Origin: Polyangiales bacterium
Lineage (GTDB): Bacteria > Myxococcota_A > Polyangia > Polyangiales > Houyiibacteriaceae
NCBI GenBank assembly: GCA_045106895.1
Contig: JBGCFM010000224.1
Span: 1 to 11,254, forward strand
DNA length: 11,254 bases
Reading direction: 5' to 3'
Of this stretch, positions 1-6,240 are shown piece after piece. Below the pieces are notes generated by a model that worked only from the letters and a program-made list of their open reading frames with translations, did no database searches and was not told where the DNA came from. Position 1 is the first letter of the stretch. Every line of letters begins with the position of its first letter. The position numbers and the translations under genes were made by a program.

Positions 1-11
1 CGAGTCTATCA

Positions 12-2060
12 TCAGTCCGGGTCGCAGGCGCCGTCGCATGGATTAAGCGCGATGCCTGTTCGAAGGAAGCTCGCAGCGGCGTTGAGCGCATCAGGGCGAT
101 CGTTGAGGGCGTTGTGGGGGTCATCGCCCTCGCGGGGCGGAATGTTCTCCACGGGCTCGGTGTTTCCGTAGTCAAACTCAAGGAGCGCGGATCCTTCGAA
201 GGGTGCGCTTACTTCTTCAAGGCCCCAGACGGGTCGAACGGCGGGTCCAAGGAGGGACGCGCCGATGGCTCGCGCCATGGTGTGAGCGCCGAGGGTGGTG
301 ACCTGCTGGTCGCCGACGGAGGCGAGCATGAGTACGTGGTGGGCCGGCGTGTTCGGAAGGAGATCTTGTTGGATGTGGGAGGTGTACGAACCGGGTTCGC
401 TGCGGTCCCAAAGGAGCTGAACGTAGCCAAGGGCGATCTGCACAGCAGGCCCGTCGGCGATGGTGGTACGCAGCAGCGGCGAATACGTGTCGAAGTTGAC
501 GCTGCGCGAGAGCAGCAACTGGTAGGGCTGGCCCGGCACGGCGAGAACGCCTCGCGTCACATCCGTGAAGACGCTCATGAGCGTGCCGCCAAAGATGCCG
601 CCCTGGCTGGCACCGATGTAGTAGGACTCGTCCGTCTTAATGACGCTTCCTTCGCCAAAACTGGCGGAGTCGTCGAGGCTGAAGCCGCCTCGCATCATAC
701 GAATCGCCAGCATGAAGTTGACGATGCCCTGAATCTGCCTCTCAGGGACCGCACGGAAGCGGGAGAGCTCTCCGCTGGACAACGTCCCGGCGACGAAGGG
801 GATGTCGTCGCTCGCGAATCCGATCCAATCGATGCCGATGATGATGAAGTTGTTGGTGTTGGCGGCCTCGGCGAGGAAGCGGGTGTTGGACTCTTCCCGC
901 GAGCCAAGCTGGCCATGTCCATAGACGATGGGGGGCGCAGGTTCTGCCGCCGTCGCGCTGTGAGGGATGTTGACGATGAAGGGATAGCGAGCCGTGCCGT
1001 TTTGCTCCGGGACTCCGTCGTCGTCGAAGTTGATGAGAGCGCCGGGGCCCGGCTCCGTGAGGAAGAGCGGGACGATCATCTGTCCCTCAATGCGGCGGCG
1101 GATGTTTGCGTTCTCTTCTGTGGTGAAGTCCACGACGGATTCGATCTCGAAGGCTGGACCGTCGCTTCCCACCGCTTCGAGGGCTTGGTCACGAACCGAA
1201 AGCAGCCACGAGGTGTCGTTTTCGACGCTGCCGGTGGTGAAATCCCAGGCGAGCTGTAGGTCTTCGCGTTCCACGCCAGCCTCGTCCAGCGTGGTGAAGA
1301 GCTCCTCAAAGTGTGCTCGGCGAGTCTCGACGCTTGGGACCTCGCTCGGCGTGTCGTCTCTTAGCGACGCGAAGGTCGGAGAAGCAGGCAAGGTGTTGCC
1401 TTCGGCGTCCACCACGTTGCGGAGGGCCACGATGTAGCGGGTGCTCGGCTCGAAAGGCGCGGCGGAGCGGATGAGAAATGCCTTGTCGCTGGTGGGATCC
1501 ACCACGGCTTCGTCGATCTCACTCCAGTGGGCAACGCGCTCGCCGTTGTCAGCGCGAATAATGACCGTGGGCGAGGTCTCGAGGAGTGAATCAGCGATCT
1601 CCAGCGGCGAGGGAAGGCCCGTCGCCGTGGCGCCAGGAAGGTAGGCGAGGAGTGTGGCGTTGAGGGAGAAGCCGTCGCGCTCGTTGATGGGGGCTGGATC
1701 GATGTAGGTGCTGATGCCACGCCCCGAGCGAGGAATCGAAGTAGGGCCGACGGCGAGCCGATGGCCAGTGAGCGTTGTGGCGTCTTCGGCGAGCCAGTAG
1801 TCGGAGGGAAAAGGCAGGGAGCAGTACTCGGGGACGAGAGGCTCGCAGTCGGCCCGCAGTTCGTCGGGCGGAGGACCTGCGTCGGGGCCGCCGTCATCTG
1901 GCCCGCTGTCGGCTGCGTCTGTGCCGACGTCCTCGGCGCCCGTATCCGGCGCGCCTGTATCTTCGCGGGCCGCGTCGGGCCCCGCGTCGGTGTCGAAGAC
2001 CAGGTCGTCGTCGCCGCAGGCGAGGGAGAGAAGGATTAGGACGGAGAGCGCTCTCTTCAT
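12..2060 (-). CDS. Putative lipoprotein with C-terminal alpha/beta-hydrolase (extracellular lipase/esterase-like) domain, 682 aa
   Basis: The ORF track gives 12..2090. ATG at 2060 is preferred because it yields a classic signal peptide II, MKRALSVLILLSLA-C15-G. This is followed by an acidic D-x-G linker, then PFPSD...DGFS motifs reminiscent of N-terminal domains of bacterial extracellular lipases, a putative oxyanion segment YGHGQLG, nucleophile elbow GASQGG (597-614), and candidate Asp (GDQQV) and His (DDPH) near the C-terminus. Stop TGA at 12-14. Confidence 0.8.
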   Translation of the reverse strand: MKRALSVLILLSLACGDDDLVFDTDAGPDAAREDTGAPDTGAEDVGTDAADSGPDDGGPDAGPPPDELRADCEPLVPEYCSLPFPSDYWLAEDATTLTGHRLAVGPTSIPRSGRGISTYIDPAPINERDGFSLNATLLAYLPGATATGLPSPLEIADSLLETSPTVIIRADNGERVAHWSEIDEAVVDPTSDKAFLIRSAAPFEPSTRYIVALRNVVDAEGNTLPASPTFASLRDDTPSEVPSVETRRAHFEELFTTLDEAGVEREDLQLAWDFTTGSVENDTSWLLSVRDQALEAVGSDGPAFEIESVVDFTTEENANIRRRIEGQMIVPLFLTEPGPGALINFDDDGVPEQNGTARYPFIVNIPHSATAAEPAPPIVYGHGQLGSREESNTRFLAEAANTNNFIIIGIDWIGFASDDIPFVAGTLSSGELSRFRAVPERQIQGIVNFMLAIRMMRGGFSLDDSASFGEGSVIKTDESYYIGASQGGIFGGTLMSVFTDVTRGVLAVPGQPYQLLLSRSVNFDTYSPLLRTTIADGPAVQIALGYVQLLWDRSEPGSYTSHIQQDLLPNTPAHHVLMLASVGDQQVTTLGAHTMARAIGASLLGPAVRPVWGLEEVSAPFEGSALLEFDYGNTEPVENIPPREGDDPHNALNDRPDALNAAASFLRTGIALNPCDGACDPD
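1861..1995 (-). repeat. Low-complexity acidic linker of imperfect D-x-G-x pentapeptide-like repeats after the lipobox
   Basis: Translation DTDAGPDAAREDTGAPDTGAEDVGTDAADSGPDDGGPDAGPPPDE. Such tethers are typical of myxobacterial lipoproteins. Boundaries are approximate. Confidence 0.6.
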
Positions 2061-2153
2061 GAAGAAGAACTCGCCCATTGAAGACGACAATGCAAGCCTG
2101 AGGGCACGAGCGGCTGCCTTGTGCTCTGGGAAATCGTACGCAACAACTTACGA
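2061..2153. promoter_or_regulatory. 93-bp divergent intergenic region, probably holding promoters for the lipoprotein and the oxidoreductase
   Basis: Inferred only from divergent gene orientation. No confident -35/-10 elements were identified. Confidence 0.35.
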
Positions 2154-3281
2154 ATGGATTCCTTCGACTGCGTAGTCATCGGCGCGGGTGTGGTGGGACT
2201 CGCCACCGCGCGAAGATTGGCACTCGCGGGCCGCCGCGTCGTGGTCCTCGAGGGTGAGCCGGAGATCGGCCAGCACACCAGTTCGCACAACTCCGGTGTG
2301 ATTCATGCCGGCGTTTACCACCCGGGACATTCGCTCAAGGGCCGGCTGTGTGTGAGCGGCAAACACATGCTCTACCGCTACCTGGCAGAGCGAGACGTGC
2401 CTCATCAGCGCACGGGCAAGCTTCTCGTCGCGGCGCAGCACGATGACGTGCCGGCGCTTGGGCGTATGGAGAAGCAAGCCGTCGATTGCGGCGTGGACGA
2501 CCTTGTGACCTTGTCCGCCGAGGAGATATGTGCGCGCGAGCCGGAGATTCGTGCGGTGGCGGGGCTCTGGTCGCCGTCCTCGGGGATCGTGGACACACAA
2601 GCGTTGATGAGCGCCTTTGCCGTGGACCTCGAAGCAGCGGGAGGGTGCGTCTTGGTGTCTTCACCGGTGCTTGGCGGCAGGGTGGGGAATGGCTTCGTGG
2701 AGCTGGAAGTAGGCGGCGATGCGCCGTTCCGCTTGCGCTGCAAGTCCCTCGTCAACTCCGCGGGCCTTCGTGCGCCGAGCGTTGCAAAGACGATTCACGG
2801 CGCACATCAGCGCTTCGTTCCTGGCGAACATTTCGCCCTCGGCCACTACTTTGCGCTTCGGGAGCCGCCGCCTTTCAAACACCTCGTCTACCCGATGGCG
2901 GCGCCGAACATCGCCCACATCCACCTGGTCCTTGGGTTGTCCGGCGAGGTTCGTTTTGGCCCGGATATCGCGTGGACCCCAACGCCGCGATACGTCTTCG
3001 GGGAGGACCGAGCGGCGGCTTTCTACAAAGCGATTCGTCGCTACTACCCGGCGCTTGCGGATGGAGACCTCGTGCCCGATGGCGTCGGGATTCGTCCGAA
3101 GGTCGCGCCGGAGACGTCCCGTGGGGCAGACTTTATGATCCACGGCCCGGAGGTTCATGGGACCTCGGGCCTCGTGAACCTCTTCGGCATCGAGTCGCCT
3201 GGGCTGACGGCGTGCCTCGCCGTCGCCGAGGAGGTCGCCCAGCGTCTGCGATGCGAGCCAGACGCGGCTTATACGCCGTAG
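2154..3281 (+). CDS. FAD-dependent oxidoreductase, L-2-hydroxyglutarate oxidase/dehydrogenase (LhgO/L2HGDH)-like, 375 aa
   Basis: ATG at 2154 (MDSFDCVVIGAGVVGLA; Rossmann GxGxxG). Family motifs: TSSHNSGVIHAGVY, GKLLVA, SPSSGIVD, NSAGL, LVYP, RFGPD, GIRPK, DFMI, NLFGIESPGLTACLA. Stop TAG at 3279-3281. The substrate cannot be proven from sequence. Confidence 0.85.
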   Translation: MDSFDCVVIGAGVVGLATARRLALAGRRVVVLEGEPEIGQHTSSHNSGVIHAGVYHPGHSLKGRLCVSGKHMLYRYLAERDVPHQRTGKLLVAAQHDDVPALGRMEKQAVDCGVDDLVTLSAEEICAREPEIRAVAGLWSPSSGIVDTQALMSAFAVDLEAAGGCVLVSSPVLGGRVGNGFVELEVGGDAPFRLRCKSLVNSAGLRAPSVAKTIHGAHQRFVPGEHFALGHYFALREPPPFKHLVYPMAAPNIAHIHLVLGLSGEVRFGPDIAWTPTPRYVFGEDRAAAFYKAIRRYYPALADGDLVPDGVGIRPKVAPETSRGADFMIHGPEVHGTSGLVNLFGIESPGLTACLAVAEEVAQRLRCEPDAAYTP

Positions 3282-4711
3282 CGCTCCGCCAATCGCTCTA
3301 CGATTCGGTCTGCGCCCACAAAGCGGGAAGCCTTGACCAAGAGCAAATCTTGGGCGCCGGCGGAACTCTCGACCGCGCGGGCGGCTTCTTCCACGGATGT
3401 CAGGTGCTGCGCGGGTGTGCCAGCCCGCTCCGCTTGCTCTGCGACGCGCCAGGCCTCGCCGCCTCCAACGGAAAGAACGAGCCCTGCGCCGCTCGCCGCG
3501 GCGACGCGACCCAGCTGTTCATGCCGCGCGCGGGACTCTTCGCCCAGCTCTCCCATTTCTCCGAGGACAAGGACGAGGCGCCGGCTCATGGCTGTGGCCA
3601 TCTCCGCCGCCGCTTCGATGGAGGCGGCCATCGATGACGGGTTCGCGTTGTACGTATCGTCGAGAGCGACGATGCCATTCGCAAAACGATGCGGGATGAG
3701 GCGCTGGGTTTGGTGCCCGAAGATCGGCCGGGAGAAAGCACGTGTTAGCAGTGGACTGTCCAGAGAGAGGTCGAAAGCGGCCTCCACGGCGGCGAGCGCG
3801 GCAGCACATGCGAGGGCGCCTGCTTCACCGGTGAGCGGGGTTCGAAACACGCTCCGTCGCCCTTCCCTTCGATCGAGCACCACTTGGGATTCCGTCACGC
3901 CGAGGGGTACACGCCCCACAAGCTGCACCGACGCGCCTTCGTGGCGACCGTAGCTCACCTGCAACGCACCGGACGCTTCGAGGGCTGCCCGAACACGGAC
4001 GTCGCCGGCATTTCCAACAGCGATTCCATTGCTCAAGAGCGAGGCGAAGAGCGCGCTCTTCTCCTCCGCCACACCGTCGATGGAACCCAAACCTTCGAGG
4101 TGCGCCGGCGCGATGAGCGTCAGGATTCCCACATCCGGGCGGACGATGCGACACAGCTCCGCAATCTCGCCGTGTTCGCTTGTGCCTAACTCGAGGACGG
4201 CCACCCGATGCGCCTCACCAAGACTGAATAAGACCATCGGAACGCCAATTCGATTGTTCAGGTTCCCCGTCGTCGCGACGTACTCGCCGGGAAAGAGCTC
4301 CTCAAGCAGCGCGCTCATGGCGACTCGCGTTGTCGTCTTTCCGGCCGAACCGGTGATGGCGATGAGCACTCGTCCTGGGGCACGCCACCTCTCCACGTGA
4401 GCGTGGGCGAGGTCCCCGAGCGCTTTCAGCGTGGAGTCGACGCGGACAAGAGTCAGGTCCGGCGGGGCCTCCACTTCACGTTCGACAACGGCCACGAGGG
4501 CTCCCGCCGCCGCCGCCGCCGCGACATACTCGTGTGCGTCATGCGCCTTGCCTTGGAGCGCAACGAACAACGCGCCGGGCCCTATCTCACGGGAGTTTGT
4601 CGAGACATGAGTGACGCTCTCCGCCGAGCCCTGCAACAGACGCCCGCCGGTCGCGGCGAGGAGCTCGGCGAGGGAGAAGGAGGCGGCGTTGAGTGGGAGA
4701 GGAGTGGCCAC
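3269..4711 (-). CDS. murF: UDP-N-acetylmuramoyl-tripeptide--D-alanyl-D-alanine ligase, 480 aa
   Basis: Motifs: STNSR..PGALFVAL.G...DAH, P-loop AITGSAGKTTT, GNLNNRIGVP, LELGTS, DDTYNANPSSM, LGEMGELG, VKASR. GTG start (4709-4711) overlaps the murE TAG stop (TAGTG). Stop TAA at 3269-3271. Confidence 0.95.
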   Translation of the reverse strand: MATPLPLNAASFSLAELLAATGGRLLQGSAESVTHVSTNSREIGPGALFVALQGKAHDAHEYVAAAAAAGALVAVVEREVEAPPDLTLVRVDSTLKALGDLAHAHVERWRAPGRVLIAITGSAGKTTTRVAMSALLEELFPGEYVATTGNLNNRIGVPMVLFSLGEAHRVAVLELGTSEHGEIAELCRIVRPDVGILTLIAPAHLEGLGSIDGVAEEKSALFASLLSNGIAVGNAGDVRVRAALEASGALQVSYGRHEGASVQLVGRVPLGVTESQVVLDRREGRRSVFRTPLTGEAGALACAAALAAVEAAFDLSLDSPLLTRAFSRPIFGHQTQRLIPHRFANGIVALDDTYNANPSSMAASIEAAAEMATAMSRRLVLVLGEMGELGEESRARHEQLGRVAAASGAGLVLSVGGGEAWRVAEQAERAGTPAQHLTSVEEAARAVESSAGAQDLLLVKASRFVGADRIVERLAERYGV

Positions 4712-6240
4712 TAGATGCCTCGCAGGCAGGCTTGTGCGACGTCGGCATCGCCCGCATAAGGGAAGGTCTTGGCGCCGATCACTTGATAACGCTCGTGGCC
4801 TTTGCCGAGAATCGCGATGACATCATCGGCGCCCGACGAAGCCAGCGCAGCCTCGATGGCGTGGCTCCGGTCCAGGATGACGTCGAACCGGTGTTCATCC
4901 GCCGGGCTGACTCCAGACGTCATCTCCAGGACGATATTTTCGGGCTGCTCGGAACGCGGGTTGTCCGTGGTGACGAAGACTCTGTCACTGGATCGCAGGG
5001 CGGACTGGAACATCAAAGGGCGCTTGCCGCGGTCCCGGTCACCGCCGCAGCCAAAGACCGTGATGAGCTTGGCGCCCGGACGCTCGCGTTGCATGGCCTC
5101 GCGAAGAGCGGGCAAGAGTTTGTCGAAGGCCTGCGGGTTGTGGGCGTAGTCCACGAGGACGAGAGGTCCGTGGGAAAGGCGGACTCGCTGCACGCGCCCT
5201 GGGACGCCGGAGAAAGACGCGAGGGCCTCAACGCACGCCTTCAGTTCGTGGCCGGCGGCGAGGCCCACGGCAACGGCGGCGGCGGCGTTCGCCGCGTTGA
5301 AGGAGCCGAACATGGGCAGGTGGAACTCCGCCTGCGCTCCGGTGGAACGCGCGACGCGGACAACGCTGCCGTCGAGCCCACTCTGCCGCACCTGATAACG
5401 AACATCGGCGTTTGTACCCCACGCGCCATAGGTGCTCACCGTCGCCTGCGGCGGGACTTGAATGCGCGCCCCGTACGCGGTGTCGATGTTGATGATCGCA
5501 TGACAGGGGGACTTCGTCGTCGCCGCGAGCACTTCCGTGAAGAGTCGGCCTTTGGCTCGAAAGTAGTCATCCAGGGTGCCGTGATAGTCGAGGTGATCGT
5601 GGGCGAGGTTCGTGAAGACGGCGATATCGAGTGGAACGCTCGTGATGCGGGATTGGGAGAGGCCTTGGCTTGTAGCTTCCAAGGCGACGGCGCGGGCGCC
5701 CAAGGAGCGAAGCTCTTCGAGGCGCTGCTGCATCGTCAGCGGCGCCGGCGTCGTGGCTCCGGGCCAGGTGTGAGTTCGAGAATCGGCGCCCGTGAAGTGG
5801 TGGTCGACGGTGCCGATGACGCCCGTCGGTGTTCCACAGCCGCTGAGCACGGCTTCGACCATCCACGCCACCGTGGACTTACCGTCCGTGCCCGTGATGC
5901 CGACGCAGTAGAGCGAATCGCCGGGGTTGCCGAAGAAGCGAGCGGCGAGGTGATTGAGCGTTGCCCGCGCGTTTTCTACCTGAACGACGGCGCCCCGATA
6001 CTTCGTCGGCACACGACTCGTGTCCTCGACGACGAGTGCCGCCGCGCCGCGCTTTGCCGCCTCGGGCAGGTAGTCATGGCCGTCTGCGGCCACTCCGTTG
6101 ATAGCGACAAAGACGCTCGCCGGAGTGACCTTCTGCGAGTGGATCGCGATATCCGCGATGTCGGTGGTGTCGGCAATGTCCGCGGAGTCCGAACCCGCAA
6201 CATGCGCCGGGGTGCCGTCGAGGAGTTCTCTTAGCCTCAC
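4711..6240 (-). CDS. murE: UDP-N-acetylmuramoyl-L-alanyl-D-glutamate--2,6-diaminopimelate ligase, 509 aa
   Basis: Motifs: FVAI.G...DGH, GITGTDGKST, TTP, FTNLAHDHLDYHGT..DYF.AK, VPGR, VDYAHNP, FGCGGDRDRGKRPLM, DNPR (4954-4965, the motif associated with meso-DAP specificity), GKGHE. The start is reassigned from 6351 to GTG 6240, which has a GAGGTG Shine-Dalgarno and a GTGA overlap with the upstream TGA stop. Confidence 0.93.
   Translation of the reverse strand: MRLRELLDGTPAHVAGSDSADIADTTDIADIAIHSQKVTPASVFVAINGVAADGHDYLPEAAKRGAAALVVEDTSRVPTKYRGAVVQVENARATLNHLAARFFGNPGDSLYCVGITGTDGKSTVAWMVEAVLSGCGTPTGVIGTVDHHFTGADSRTHTWPGATTPAPLTMQQRLEELRSLGARAVALEATSQGLSQSRITSVPLDIAVFTNLAHDHLDYHGTLDDYFRAKGRLFTEVLAATTKSPCHAIINIDTAYGARIQVPPQATVSTYGAWGTNADVRYQVRQSGLDGSVVRVARSTGAQAEFHLPMFGSFNAANAAAAVAVGLAAGHELKACVEALASFSGVPGRVQRVRLSHGPLVLVDYAHNPQAFDKLLPALREAMQRERPGAKLITVFGCGGDRDRGKRPLMFQSALRSSDRVFVTTDNPRSEQPENIVLEMTSGVSPADEHRFDVILDRSHAIEAALASSGADDVIAILGKGHERYQVIGAKTFPYAGDADVAQACLRGI
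6145..6189 (-). repeat. Five imperfect 9-nt tandem units encoding D-x-x (DSA DIA DTT DIA DIA) in the MurE N-terminus
   Basis: Minus strand reads GACTCCGCG GACATTGCC GACACCACC GACATCGCG GATATCGCG. Confidence 0.55.

Noticed and set aside
6..14. Three tandem stop codons (TGA TGA TAG) after the lipoprotein gene
   Set aside because: Real but trivial, and the downstream context is outside the window.
2486..3637. 383-aa plus-strand alternative-frame ORF
   Set aside because: It is an Arg/Gly/Pro-rich off-frame translation overlapping the oxidoreductase and murF.
4504..4522. (GCC)n microsatellite-like run
   Set aside because: It encodes an in-frame poly-Ala helix in MurF and is not a phase-variation tract.
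4693..6234. 513-aa plus-strand ORF (also 6273..7112 and 114..1259)
   Set aside because: These are antisense shadows of murE, the murD domain and the lipoprotein, with no family motifs.
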